DNA from: a bacterium
Lineage (GTDB): Bacteria; Patescibacteriota; Minisyncoccia; Moranbacterales; GWC2-37-73
Reading direction: 5' to 3'
NCBI GenBank assembly: GCA_003251635.1
Contig: QKEW01000008.1
Location: forward strand, 110,860 to 174,859
Length of the DNA: 64,000 bases
Positions 10,507-20,377 of this stretch are shown here, in pieces. The position numbers were made by a program, and so were the translations under genes. Below the pieces are notes generated by a model. That model searched no databases, was not told the origin of the DNA, and worked only from the letters and a program-made list of their open reading frames with translations. Position 1 is the first letter of the stretch; each line of letters begins with the position of its first letter.

Positions 10507-11218
10507 CTTTTTTTTGTATGTAAATCTGCTGGATCAGCATGAATAAGGTTGAGGTCAACCAGTAAAGTGATAGGCCGGCGGCAAATTTTATTCCAATAAA
10601 GAAAGTCAGGGCTGGTCCTAAAAATAACATTTGCTTGTTCATCATCTGAGCGATATCAGGTTCATTATTGGCCTGTTTTTTGGTTGTTGAGGATTTGGCC
10701 ATAAGCATTTTGGTTTGAAAAAACTGGGCGGCCGCAGCCAAAAAGGCTATGAAAACATTGGGTTTTGTTAAATCAACGAAGTAAATGAAGAATTGATTGA
10801 TATTTCCAGGATCAGAAACGAATGAATATAATTGTTGGCTGTCAACCGTGAGTCCGCTCGAGGATATGTTAAATAGGATTCTGTAAATCGCAATCAAAAA
10901 CACTAATTGAATCACGAGAGGCAAACAGCCGGAAAAGGGGTTAGTTTTTTCAGTTTTGTAGAGTTCCATCAACTCTTTGGCCTGCTGCTCTTTGTTGCCG
11001 GCAGTTTTTTTCTGGATCTCTTTGATCTTTGGTTGAATTTCTTGCAACTTTCTTTGAGAATCTATTTGTTTACGGTAAATCGGAATAAGCAAAGAACGCA
11101 AAAACAAAGTTATGAGAATTATAGAAACACCAAAATCGCCACCAGGAATTATGTCGTAAAGGAAAATCAGAATGTTGTATAGAGGTTGATAGATGAAAGC
11201 ATGAAAAATTCCGCCCAT
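10493..11218 (-). CDS. yidC: Membrane protein insertase YidC/Oxa1 family (short form)
   Basis: Characteristic YidC core (PFSGCLPLVIQLVFLIAIYR) and synteny rpmH-rnpA-yidC-jag. Confidence 0.85.
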   Translation of the reverse strand: MGGIFHAFIYQPLYNILIFLYDIIPGGDFGVSIILITLFLRSLLIPIYRKQIDSQRKLQEIQPKIKEIQKKTAGNKEQQAKELMELYKTEKTNPFSGCLPLVIQLVFLIAIYRILFNISSSGLTVDSQQLYSFVSDPGNINQFFIYFVDLTKPNVFIAFLAAAAQFFQTKMLMAKSSTTKKQANNEPDIAQMMNKQMLFLGPALTFFIGIKFAAGLSLYWLTSTLFMLIQQIYIQKKVAKH

Positions 11219-11222
11219 TTTT

Positions 11223-11570
11223 TTATTTTAGTAAATTATTTTTCTTTAAAGCTGTTTCTAAATCCCTGGATATTTCCTCGGTTTTTAGGTTTTTAGCTGA
11301 AAATCCTTTTTTTAAACCAATAATCAGATTTAACTGGGGTTTGATCTTGAATTGTATTTGATAAACGGCGGCTCTCAATTTTCTCTTTATCTGATTTCTT
11401 TCAACGGCTTTCTTGAAGCTGTTTTTTCCAACAACAAATCCAAATTTAGTTTCCGGGCAGTTATTTTCTTTAACCTTGATAATCAAAAATTTGGAAGAAA
11501 AAAAGCTGCCATAGCGGAAAGTCTTTTCAAATTCTTGTTTATTTTTTAATCGATTTTTTTGCTTTAGCAT
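11223..11570 (-). CDS. rnpA: Ribonuclease P protein component
   Basis: Basic 115-aa protein directly downstream of rpmH; RnpA-like sequence (KNRLKNKQEFEKTFRYG). Confidence 0.8.
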   Translation of the reverse strand: MLKQKNRLKNKQEFEKTFRYGSFFSSKFLIIKVKENNCPETKFGFVVGKNSFKKAVERNQIKRKLRAAVYQIQFKIKPQLNLIIGLKKGFSAKNLKTEEISRDLETALKKNNLLK

Positions 11571-11594
11571 GACTAAAAATCATTTCTATCTAAG

Positions 11595-11729
11595 CTAGAC
11601 GGATAATTTCTTCCTTCCTTTCTGGCGTCTCTTCTTGATTACAGCTCTTCCGGTGGAGGTGCTCATTCTTTGAAGGAATCCATGTCTTTTTTTTCTCTTC
11701 CCTTTTTTTGGTTGATAGGTTCTTTTCAT
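11595..11729 (-). CDS. rpmH: 50S ribosomal protein L34 (44 aa; below ORF-track cutoff, found by hand translation)
   Basis: Reverse-strand translation gives [44 protein letters not shown], a canonical L34 sequence. Confidence 0.85.
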   Translation of the reverse strand: MKRTYQPKKGKRKKRHGFLQRMSTSTGRAVIKKRRQKGRKKLSV

Positions 11730-11969
11730 ATCGTTACATTATTTAATTATGTTGATAACTAAATTGAGTGTACATTTTTGAAGTGAAAAAGTCAATGTTT
11801 TGTGTTTAAAAAAGCCAAAAAAGACTAGGGGAACGGATGAGTTTGAAAATTAAGTAAAAACCAAAAATGTTGGCAGTTATTAACAAGTTATCCACATGGT
11901 TAATAACATTAGTAACTGGTGTGGATAACTCTGGCGTGATATAATTTTTCCAACGGTAAAGAAGTTTCT
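11730..11969. promoter_or_regulatory. Probable chromosomal replication origin (oriC) between rpmH and dnaA
   Basis: Two perfect TTATCCACA DnaA boxes in inverted orientation (11888-11896 and 11930-11938) plus a weaker box (TTGATAACT, about 11752) in an AT-rich intergenic region. Classic rnpA-rpmH | dnaA-dnaN arrangement. Confidence 0.65.
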
Positions 11970-13385
11970 ATGAAAAATGAAGAACTTTGGCAAGCGGCAC
12001 TGGGGGATATAGAGCTTTCCATATCAAAAGCTAATTTTATTACTTGGTTTAAAAATACCTCGATCATTTCAAATGAAAATGGCCGGGTGGTTATTGGTGT
12101 ACCAAACGGTTTTGCTAAAGAATGGCTGGAAAATAAATATAATACTTACATTTATAAGGCCTTGCGCAGTTTCCAGGAGGATGTTCGGGAAATAAGTTGT
12201 GTCATTCATAATCCTCAAAATAATTCATCCGGGGAGAAAGCTGCCGAAAGAAGCCAGGCCAGTTCTTTTAATAGAGACAAGGCAGTTGAAAGCAATTTGT
12301 CTGCCAGTGAGCCCAGCCAAGTTCAGGCGGGAACCCAGCAAAGCTTCGATTATATTTCTGAATCCAACATAAATCCCCGTTATACTTTTGATAATTTTAT
12401 AGTGGGTGAAAATAATGAGTTGGCTAGAGCGGCTTGCTATGCAGTTTCGCAGAATTTGGGCAGGATTTATAATCCGCTTTTTATTTATGGCGGAGTTGGT
12501 TTAGGCAAAACTCATTTGCTTCAATCAATCGGAAATGAAATTTTGCGTAAAGATCCAAAAAAAAGAATAAAATATATGACTTCTGAGCGGTTTGCCAATG
12601 AATTGATTGATTCGATCAGAAACCAAACTATAAATGAATTTAAATCAAGCTATCAGCAAATCGATCTTTTAATTATTGATGATATTCAATTTTTGGCTGG
12701 CAAAGAGAAAACCCAAAATGAATTTTTTCACATTTTCAATGCTCTTTATCAGATCAATAAGCAAATTGTTTTGAGTAGTGACCGACCGCCTCGAGCCATT
12801 GCAACATTGGAGGAACGTTTACGGTCGCGTTTCGAGGGTGGCATGATTGCGGATGTCAGCAGTCCGGATTTGGAAACCCGAATGGCGATCTTAAAAGCCA
12901 AATTGGCTGAGAAAAGCTTTTATTTAGAAGAGGATGTGGTGAAATTCATCGCTGAAAATATTAAAAACAATATTCGTGAATTGGAAGGATCGCTTAATCG
13001 GATCATGGCCGCTTGTGAATTTGGGCAAAAAGCTCCGGATATGGAATTGGTTAAGAGGACCTTATCAGATTTGATTTCTTCTGGAAAAAAGAAAGGTGTC
13101 CAGCAAAATCACGTAGTTGAAGCTGTGGCTAATTTTTTTGGCATAGATAAAAAAGATTTGATTAATAAAGGCCGAAAAAAGGAGATTTCTCGAGCTAGGC
13201 AAATAGCCATGTATTTGATGAGGAAAGAGCTGAACGCTTCCTATCCGGGAATCGGTAGTGTTTTTGGTGGACGTGATCATACGACGGCTTTGCACGCCTA
13301 CGAAAAAATAAATCGGGAACTGGAAACGGATAGTAAACTAAGGGAAGATGTTGAGGTTTTGACAGAAAAGATATACGAAATATAA
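11970..13385 (+). CDS. dnaA: Chromosomal replication initiator protein DnaA
   Basis: AAA+ Walker A GGVGLGKTHLL, sensor motifs and C-terminal DnaA DNA-binding domain. Confidence 0.95.
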   Translation: MKNEELWQAALGDIELSISKANFITWFKNTSIISNENGRVVIGVPNGFAKEWLENKYNTYIYKALRSFQEDVREISCVIHNPQNNSSGEKAAERSQASSFNRDKAVESNLSASEPSQVQAGTQQSFDYISESNINPRYTFDNFIVGENNELARAACYAVSQNLGRIYNPLFIYGGVGLGKTHLLQSIGNEILRKDPKKRIKYMTSERFANELIDSIRNQTINEFKSSYQQIDLLIIDDIQFLAGKEKTQNEFFHIFNALYQINKQIVLSSDRPPRAIATLEERLRSRFEGGMIADVSSPDLETRMAILKAKLAEKSFYLEEDVVKFIAENIKNNIRELEGSLNRIMAACEFGQKAPDMELVKRTLSDLISSGKKKGVQQNHVVEAVANFFGIDKKDLINKGRKKEISRARQIAMYLMRKELNASYPGIGSVFGGRDHTTALHAYEKINRELETDSKLREDVEVLTEKIYEI

Positions 13386-13490
13386 AAGTGGATAAGCTGT
13401 GACTAACTGTTGGTTTATTTTTTTAAAAATTCTTGTAAAATGGCTAAATAGCTGAAAATGGCAACTTAAACATTATTTGTCGGAAAAAAT

Positions 13491-14639
13491 ATGAAAGTAG
13501 TTTGTACTCAAGAAAAATTTAAAAAAGCTATTTATAGCACTGAAAGAGTGGTGGGTAAGCAAATAACCTTGCCTATTTTGGAAAATATTTTATTGGAAAC
13601 AGAAGGCGGAATGTTGAAATTCTCGGCTACTAATTTGGAAATCGGAGTTTTTTTGAAAATCGGGGCCAAAGTTGAAAAGGAAGGTCAAATAACTGTCCCA
13701 GCTAAATTGCTTAGCAGTTTTGTGAATAATTTGCCAACTGATAGCACGATTTCTTTGGAAGCTGAAAACCAGGTTTTGAAAGTTTCAAGTGGAAGTGTGG
13801 AGGGGTCTATAAAAGGTTTGTTGGCTCAAGATTTTCCGATAATTCCAGAAATGGAAGGAAATTTTCTGTTTTCTCTGAATGCTCAAAAAATGAAAGAGTC
13901 GATCAATCGATTGATTCCATGTGCTTCTTTGGATGCGACGCGACCGGAGCTTTCAGGAATAAGCTGGATTTTTTCTGATAGTAAGGTTTTTTTGGCAGCC
14001 ACTGATAGTTTTCGGTTGGCTCAACAGATAATTCCGATTAAAAAAGAGCAAGAGCAAGAATACAATCTCTTTGTGGAAAAGAACAATTCTTTAGTTGTTC
14101 CGGCCAACACATTGGCGGAAGTTTTTCGGGTTGTTGGACCAGAAACTAAGGAAATCAAAGTCTCCATAGAGGAAAGTCAAATATTTTTTCAAATTGATAA
14201 TATTCGGATTGTTTCGCGCTTGATTAATGGAAAATATCCTGAATATAAACAGATTATTCCGAAACAATTTGCCACTCGAGCAATTGTTTCCAAGGATGAA
14301 CTTTTGCGGGCGGTAAAAATTGCTGGAATTTTTGCTAAAAATAAAACAGGCGAGGTTCGTTTTGAAATTGATTCGGATGGCGGGCAGATCATGGTTTATT
14401 CCAAGGCTGAGGAGGTTGGTGACAATAAAACGGTTTTACAATCTCAAATTTCTGGACCCAAGCAAGAAATCATCTTCAATCCGCGTTATATTGTAGACGG
14501 AGTTCAGACGATTCCGACTGAAAGAGTGGTAATTTTGGTTAATGACAACGCCTCACCGGCTGTTTTGCGGATGATTGAGGGCAGTGAAAATAAGGAAAAT
14601 CTGGACTATACTTACGTGGTGATGCCAATCAAGGCCTAG
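13491..14639 (+). CDS. dnaN: DNA polymerase III beta sliding clamp
   Basis: 382 aa, three-domain clamp-like sequence directly downstream of dnaA. Confidence 0.9.
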   Translation: MKVVCTQEKFKKAIYSTERVVGKQITLPILENILLETEGGMLKFSATNLEIGVFLKIGAKVEKEGQITVPAKLLSSFVNNLPTDSTISLEAENQVLKVSSGSVEGSIKGLLAQDFPIIPEMEGNFLFSLNAQKMKESINRLIPCASLDATRPELSGISWIFSDSKVFLAATDSFRLAQQIIPIKKEQEQEYNLFVEKNNSLVVPANTLAEVFRVVGPETKEIKVSIEESQIFFQIDNIRIVSRLINGKYPEYKQIIPKQFATRAIVSKDELLRAVKIAGIFAKNKTGEVRFEIDSDGGQIMVYSKAEEVGDNKTVLQSQISGPKQEIIFNPRYIVDGVQTIPTERVVILVNDNASPAVLRMIEGSENKENLDYTYVVMPIKA

Positions 14640-14644
14640 TCTTT

Positions 14645-14923
14645 ATGAAAAAAATCGGTTATTTTTTACAAAAAAAGCAGTTAACCAAAAAAGCAGCTTT
14701 AGATGACAAAAGCATTTTCTATGTTTTTGATAAGATCATAAAACAGGAATATGGAAATCGGGGGCTGGAAAATGTGAAGCCAAGTTATTTTAAGGGTAAA
14801 AAACTTTTTCTCAAAGCGGAAAATTCCAATTGGGCTAGTGAAATTTGGCTTAATCGTCAGAATTTGATCGACAAAATCAACGCAGAATTGGGTTTTGACG
14901 AAATTGAAGAAATTTCAATTTAA
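14645..14923 (+). CDS. DUF721 / DciA-like small protein
   Basis: 92 aa; C-terminal segment (FKGKKLFLKAENSNWASEIWLNRQNLIDKINAELGFDEIEEI) matches the DUF721 pattern. Located right after dnaN, as DciA-family genes often are. Confidence 0.5.
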   Translation: MKKIGYFLQKKQLTKKAALDDKSIFYVFDKIIKQEYGNRGLENVKPSYFKGKKLFLKAENSNWASEIWLNRQNLIDKINAELGFDEIEEISI

Positions 14924-15013
14924 GGTCCTTGCCAAATGAAAAAGTTTGTGGTAACATCTTGGAAGTGTTTCAGTCGCAAATAATTTATATCTATTTAATT
15001 TTGGGAAAAATCT

Positions 15014-15283
15014 ATGCCAATTAAGAAATCGGCCAAAAAGTATATGCGAGTAACCGAAAGGAAAACTTTGCAAAACAAGGAGGTTAAGGGAGTTTTTCGC
15101 AGCGCTATCAAGAAAACTCGCGAGGCTGTTAGCAGCAATAAAATTGAAGAGGCGCAAAAATGGTTAAAAGTAGCCACTAAAGCCTTGGATAAAGCAGCTC
15201 AAAAGAAAGTTATCAAGAAAAATACAGCTGCTCGCAAGAAATCAAGACTTAATAAGGCTGTTAAGGCAGTAGCTGCAAAATAA
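15014..15283 (+). CDS. rpsT: 30S ribosomal protein S20
   Basis: N-terminus MPIKKSAKKYMRV...RSAIKK matches S20. Confidence 0.85.
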   Translation: MPIKKSAKKYMRVTERKTLQNKEVKGVFRSAIKKTREAVSSNKIEEAQKWLKVATKALDKAAQKKVIKKNTAARKKSRLNKAVKAVAAK

Positions 15284-15392
15284 GCTCATTGGTTTGCTTG
15301 TAAAAAAACGGCTCCTTTGGAGCTGTTTTCGGTTGACAAATGATGCTTGTTTGATAGATTTTTGAGTCGCAACAAAACTGAGGAGGTGTAAA

Positions 15393-15623
15393 TTGGAATC
15401 AACAGAAGTGGGGCAAGTGAGGGGTCACTTAAGGATAGCAAGTTTACTGATTTTGCTATCCATTATCTTTCTCGCAGCGGAAGACAATTCTTTGTCTTTT
15501 ATGTTGTCAATAAGCGGAGTGGTAGTAATTGTTGCCATTCTTAAATGCAACCTAGGTAAATCTGAAAAAGTCTGCATTTTTTTTGGTGTAGCGGGATTTT
15601 TATCTCTGGAATTTTTGCGGTGA
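15393..15623 (+). CDS. Small two-TM hypothetical protein
   Basis: ORF only; hydrophobic segments; weak support. Confidence 0.2.
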   Translation: MESTEVGQVRGHLRIASLLILLSIIFLAAEDNSLSFMLSISGVVVIVAILKCNLGKSEKVCIFFGVAGFLSLEFLR

Positions 15624-15897
15624 TTCCAGTGATAATAGCAATGGTTGCGTCGATTCTAAAATAATTCATTCGTAGAAAAATTTAAAGGCACGCCCCAAAT
15701 GGGAAACGGCCTTTTTTAATCAAAAAAATTCAAATGATAATAAAACATCAGGGGTAAAATTATTTTTTGTTAATAATATAGATAAAATATGAATATTTGT
15801 ATAGGTTATTGACATAAATCCTATTATTATATATAATTCATATATAAACTATATATATAATATATATCTAATTTATATATAAATATCTTTTATTTTT

Positions 15898-17262
15898 ATG
15901 AGCAAAAACACTAAAAATCAATATTTTTATGAATTGGAAAAGCCAGAATTGAAAAAAATAGGATTAAAGGCTTTGGAGCATGTTTTTGGTGAGAAATCCG
16001 TGCAACTGAAAATCCTTGAATTGCTAAAAAAAGCTTCTTTTCCAAAGTATTTGTATTGGGATAAGGTTAAATATTTTGAATTGCCAACTGAAATTGGGAG
16101 TCCGGAATTGTTTTGGAAAGTTGTAAAAATTTCCAGAAACTTGGAGTCTATCAGGACCCCAATTAAAACTGAAAAAGGAGATTATTTTAGTTGGGTGAAA
16201 ATTTTGAAATTGGATGAATTTTTGCACAGACTTGATTTGAATACGGGGGGTCATTTATCGATGTTTGCAGAAGATTTGGATGAAAAAAAACGTTTAAGAT
16301 TTATCTCAAATGGGATAATTGAAGAATCCATTGCTTCTTCACAATTGGAGGGAGCGAATACTACTCGAAAAATGGCTAAGCAATTTTTACTTGAAGGAAG
16401 AAAACCTAAAAATAACAGTGAGCAAATGATCCTGAATAATTATGAGGCCATGCTGTACATTGAAGAAGATTTGAAAAAAATGAGCCTGGATACAAGTTCA
16501 CTATTTAACTTACATGCCATTTTAACCAAAAACACTTTGTCCACTAAAGATATTGCCAGGTTCAGACGGGATGTGGACGAAATTGTGGTGAGTGATAATG
16601 ATGGGATGGTTTATCACATTCCGCCCAGAGAAAGTTTTCTCTTAAGGGAAATGGAGAATTTTTTAGATTTTTGTAATGACAAAAATGATGAAGAAAACTT
16701 CCTGCACCCAGTGATCAAGGCCATCATGATTCATTTTTGGGTGGGTTATTTACATCCGTTCGTGGACGGCAATGGAAGGATGGCTAGAGCATTGTTTTAT
16801 TGGTATTTGTTGAAAAAAGGTTACTGGGCTTTTGCTTATCTGCCAATTTCGATGACAATCCGGAAATCGCCGCAGCAATACAAAATGGCTTACCTGTACA
16901 GCGAACAAGATGATAACGATCTGACTTATTTTATTGATTACAATATTAATAAAATTAAATTATCACTGAAGGATTTTGAGGAATATATCGTTAAAAAAGA
17001 AAAAGAAGCCAAAATTTTCAGGGAAAGTGCAATTAAAAAATTCCAACTTAACGAAAGGCAATTGAAATTGTTGCAATATTTTCAAAAAAATCCAGAGGGT
17101 AAAACTTTTGCCAGAATGCATGCGAATATTTATCAAATTTCCTGGTTGACGGCGGCCAATGATTTGAAAGAAATGGAAAAGGACGGATTGCTTGAGTCTG
17201 AAAAAATGGGAAAGAATAAATTTTACCGCCCAACTACTAAGATAGACGAGTTTTTTGAGTGA
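15898..17262 (+). CDS. Fic-family protein (class II, N-terminal inhibitory S-x-x-x-E-G motif) with C-terminal wHTH
   Basis: Canonical Fic motif HPFVDGNGRMARAL. Upstream SSQLEGA matches the (S/T)xxxE(G/N) inhibitory helix motif. Preceded by AT-rich (TATATA-rich) leader. Confidence 0.85.
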   Translation: MSKNTKNQYFYELEKPELKKIGLKALEHVFGEKSVQLKILELLKKASFPKYLYWDKVKYFELPTEIGSPELFWKVVKISRNLESIRTPIKTEKGDYFSWVKILKLDEFLHRLDLNTGGHLSMFAEDLDEKKRLRFISNGIIEESIASSQLEGANTTRKMAKQFLLEGRKPKNNSEQMILNNYEAMLYIEEDLKKMSLDTSSLFNLHAILTKNTLSTKDIARFRRDVDEIVVSDNDGMVYHIPPRESFLLREMENFLDFCNDKNDEENFLHPVIKAIMIHFWVGYLHPFVDGNGRMARALFYWYLLKKGYWAFAYLPISMTIRKSPQQYKMAYLYSEQDDNDLTYFIDYNINKIKLSLKDFEEYIVKKEKEAKIFRESAIKKFQLNERQLKLLQYFQKNPEGKTFARMHANIYQISWLTAANDLKEMEKDGLLESEKMGKNKFYRPTTKIDEFFE

Positions 17263-17267
17263 ACCGT

Positions 17268-18230
17268 TTAAACCCCCACGATAAACCGATCCAGGGCTAG
17301 GACCAGATCGGTTTGGCCAGTTTTGACTTGTTGGTCAATTTTTTCCAGGTCTTGATAGATTTTTTTCAATTTTTCTAGGGAGGTTTGGCGGATTTGGGAC
17401 AACGATTTTTGAACCACAAACGGATGAAGCTTGGTCTGGACAGCAATGGCGCGCGGATCCGGGTTGCCGTTTTGCCAGGCGTCGGCAATTTTGAGCAGGT
17501 TGCGAATTTGGTAGATATACATGGAAAAAACATAGAAGACATCTTCACCTTTTTCAATTTGTTGATGAAAAAGGTCCAGGGCAAGTTTTTTATTTTGACT
17601 CAAGAGCGCCTCAATTGTTTGAAAAATATTGGATTGAATTTGAGCTTTAACCATTTTTTCCAAATCAGTTTCGGTTAGGGTGCCTTCGGGTTTAAAAGTT
17701 ATCAATTTTTCCAGTTCATTTTTGAGTAAAAAAAGATCGTTACCCACAGTCGAAGCCAACAGGGAAACGGTTTTTGGATCAAAAGCTGTTTGAATTTTAT
17801 TTTTTTGAAGATAGTTTTGAATCCATTTTTCCAATTCAAAATTCTTAAGAAGATCAAATTGTTGTTTTTTGGCGTTTTTGTCTAAGAATTTATAGAAGGA
17901 CAGATTTTTACGAGGATTGGAATTTTCATGAAAAATTAGCGTTGAATCGGGATTTTTGTCCAAAGCAGCTTTTTTTAATTTTTCCAAAACTTCTTTTTGT
18001 TTTTCGCTGGAAACATTTTGAAGAAAATCCAAGGAGATTATCAATTTTTTTTGGGAAAAAAGCCCCTCATTTTGCCAAGAAGCTTCCAACTGGTCGGTTG
18101 AGGCTTCTTTTTGGGAAAAATCGATGATTATCAGGTTTCCATTAGGATTTTTTTGTTGGAAAAGTTGTTTCAGCTCGGAAAGTTTTTCCTCGGAACGGAA
18201 TAAGTCTTCTCCAAAAAGAAATATGAGCAT
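17268..18230 (-). CDS. holA: DNA polymerase III delta subunit
   Basis: 320 aa, N-terminal MLIFLFGEDLF...; delta-subunit-like domain organisation. Confidence 0.65.
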   Translation of the reverse strand: MLIFLFGEDLFRSEEKLSELKQLFQQKNPNGNLIIIDFSQKEASTDQLEASWQNEGLFSQKKLIISLDFLQNVSSEKQKEVLEKLKKAALDKNPDSTLIFHENSNPRKNLSFYKFLDKNAKKQQFDLLKNFELEKWIQNYLQKNKIQTAFDPKTVSLLASTVGNDLFLLKNELEKLITFKPEGTLTETDLEKMVKAQIQSNIFQTIEALLSQNKKLALDLFHQQIEKGEDVFYVFSMYIYQIRNLLKIADAWQNGNPDPRAIAVQTKLHPFVVQKSLSQIRQTSLEKLKKIYQDLEKIDQQVKTGQTDLVLALDRFIVGV

Positions 18231-18249
18231 AAATTTGGTTACAAATAAA

Positions 18250-18300
18250 AAACACTAAAACTAAAGGTGTATCTAAATACTAAACGTTTTAGTGTTTTTT
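18250..18300. terminator. Bidirectional intrinsic terminator (13-bp perfect stem AAAACACTAAAAC/GTTTTAGTGTTTT, flanked by A/T runs)
   Basis: Read directly; lies at 3' end of minus-strand gene 18316..19476. Confidence 0.6.
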
Positions 18301-18315
18301 GAAAAGTGGCTCAGC

Positions 18316-19476
18316 TTAGGCGGTTGGTTCCCATTTGAGGGATTGTCCAGGCTCCAGAATTTCAACCCAAACTTGGCCTGGTACAAACTTGATTTCTTGG
18401 CCGGAGCTGTTGTAAAAATAAAGTTTGCTATCCAGCTTGGAACGATCTTTCTTCCAGCTGCCTCGAGTTTCTTGCCCATTGAAGTAAAAATAAGCCTCGC
18501 CGCTATCGCTGTCGTCATACCAAGGATCGCCAATTTCAACATTGTTGTAGCGACCACTGACACTTTCAACTCCGGTACTTTTTATTTCCGGTACATCAGC
18601 CCAAGGATCCTGTAGCCCTTTGCCGGTATAGTCTTGGTCGATGGTTATTTGTTCGGATTTGGCAAACATAACTACCACATTTTTAGGGGCTAATCTTTGG
18701 TTATTGTTACGGTCGGTATCCGGTTGTCCATCCCAACTGCGTAAATAAGTGTTAGAAGCTTTATCGTAATCATATTCAACATCGTAAGGCTGGGCAAAAG
18801 CTACTCGTAAATTTCCACCATTCGGTCGTTGGCTTTCAGCTAATTCGCTTTGATGTGGGTAGCCGGAAAAACTATTTTCTTGTTCATAGCCAGAGTTGGC
18901 CAACATTTTCAAAACATTTTCCTGGGTGATGCGCCCGGTATCTTCCATGCGCATTTGTCCGGTAGCTTCGCGACGATCACAATAGGAGCTAGTTAAGCAA
19001 TTGACATTATCAATAACTCCTTTGCCGAGAAGGTTTTCGGCGAAAATTGAATAACCCCAGTGAACGTAAATAGCATCTAAGCCTTTGGCGAGGGGAATGT
19101 AGTCATGACGCCCGGAACGAATGGCACCAATTTCTTCAGGAATTTCGCAGCCATAAACGCCCATCAGACGAGTAACGGAAGCGGTATAGGCTGGCATTTC
19201 GAAAATCATGTCAGCTTGGGAGAAACCAGCGGCTGGACGAGCTTGAACATCGGCTGGTTGCATGACAGCTACCAATCGACGATTCCAGTTTTCGCAAGAA
19301 ATTCCGGTAATCGGATTGACTGGGCCTTCATTTTTTATTTCTTCAGTTTTTTGACCCTCAGGATTTAAATTAATCTGTTCGTGTTGATTTTTGTTGCTGT
19401 TGGAGGTTAAGCGAAAAATACCGTAGGCGATCGCCATAACAATGACAATCAGGATTAATTTTTGTTTTCCGTTCAT
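18316..19476 (-). CDS. Secreted/membrane-anchored protein, DUF3048 (YerB)-like
   Basis: N-terminal TM/signal. Segments (RPAAGFSQADMIFEMP...TRLMGVYG) resemble DUF3048 lipoproteins as remembered; not confirmed. Confidence 0.35.
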   Translation of the reverse strand: MNGKQKLILIVIVMAIAYGIFRLTSNSNKNQHEQINLNPEGQKTEEIKNEGPVNPITGISCENWNRRLVAVMQPADVQARPAAGFSQADMIFEMPAYTASVTRLMGVYGCEIPEEIGAIRSGRHDYIPLAKGLDAIYVHWGYSIFAENLLGKGVIDNVNCLTSSYCDRREATGQMRMEDTGRITQENVLKMLANSGYEQENSFSGYPHQSELAESQRPNGGNLRVAFAQPYDVEYDYDKASNTYLRSWDGQPDTDRNNNQRLAPKNVVVMFAKSEQITIDQDYTGKGLQDPWADVPEIKSTGVESVSGRYNNVEIGDPWYDDSDSGEAYFYFNGQETRGSWKKDRSKLDSKLYFYNSSGQEIKFVPGQVWVEILEPGQSLKWEPTA

Positions 19477-19498
19477 GGTTATTTTTTATGGATTAAAT

Positions 19499-20314
19499 TT
19501 ATTTTTGGCAATGCGGACAATAGAAAGTGCTTCTTTGTCCGATTGTTGATTTCTCGATTATTGTACCACAAATCGGGCACTTCTGACCATTTTTTCTGTA
19601 AACTTGCAAAACTTCTTGAAAATGACCTTTGTGTCCATATCCATCCAGATAATCGCTGTCGGAAGTGCCGCGCATTCTGACTGCTTTTCGGAGAATTTTT
19701 TTGATCGCTCGATGGAGTTGATTGATTTCGATCGCACTCAAACTTCCAGTTTGACGATGAGGATTAATTTTAGCCTCAAACAAAATTTCACTGGCGTAGA
19801 TGTTTCCGATGCCAGTGATTAAATTCTGTTCCAGTAATACGGATTTGAGATTTTTTGTTTTGTTTTTTTGCAAAATTTTGGTCAGTTTCTGAGTGGTGAA
19901 TTTTGGATTCAAAGCGTCAATGCCCAATTTTTCAAAATATTTTTCCAAATCGGCTTTTTTGACCAAATTTAGACTGCCAAATTTGCGGACATCGCGAAAT
20001 TCCAAAAATCCGCTTTCTAAAAAGAAATTGTGACGTAAGATTTTATTTTTACTGGGCTTGTTTTGAAAAATGAGTTGGCCGGTCATTTTCAGGTGAACCA
20101 AAATGACCCAGTCGTTTTCCAGAAAAATCAGGATATTTTTGCCTCTTCTTTGAATGTCGGTAATTTTTTGGCTAAGAATCGTTTTTTTAAATTCAGAAAG
20201 ACTTGTGTTTTTCAATGCTTTTTCCCAAGCAGTTTCAAAATTAACAATTTTTTGACCAATAATTGTTTGATGTAAATCGCTGACAATGGTTTGAACTTCA
20301 GGTAATTCGGGCAT
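19499..20314 (-). CDS. mutM: Formamidopyrimidine-DNA glycosylase (Fpg/MutM). True start is the internal Met of MPELPEV; the track ORF is 5'-extended
   Basis: Fpg requires N-terminal Met-Pro(catalytic)-Glu-Leu-Pro-Glu-Val. C-terminal zinc finger CPICG...CPHCQ. Start coordinate taken from the ORF-track frame, plus or minus 1 nt. Confidence 0.85.
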   Translation of the reverse strand: MPELPEVQTIVSDLHQTIIGQKIVNFETAWEKALKNTSLSEFKKTILSQKITDIQRRGKNILIFLENDWVILVHLKMTGQLIFQNKPSKNKILRHNFFLESGFLEFRDVRKFGSLNLVKKADLEKYFEKLGIDALNPKFTTQKLTKILQKNKTKNLKSVLLEQNLITGIGNIYASEILFEAKINPHRQTGSLSAIEINQLHRAIKKILRKAVRMRGTSDSDYLDGYGHKGHFQEVLQVYRKNGQKCPICGTIIEKSTIGQRSTFYCPHCQK

Positions 20315-20377
20315 GGGAAGTTTTATGTTATTATTTGAAAGTAATGCTATTTTAGCAATAATTTTTAAATCAGCAAG

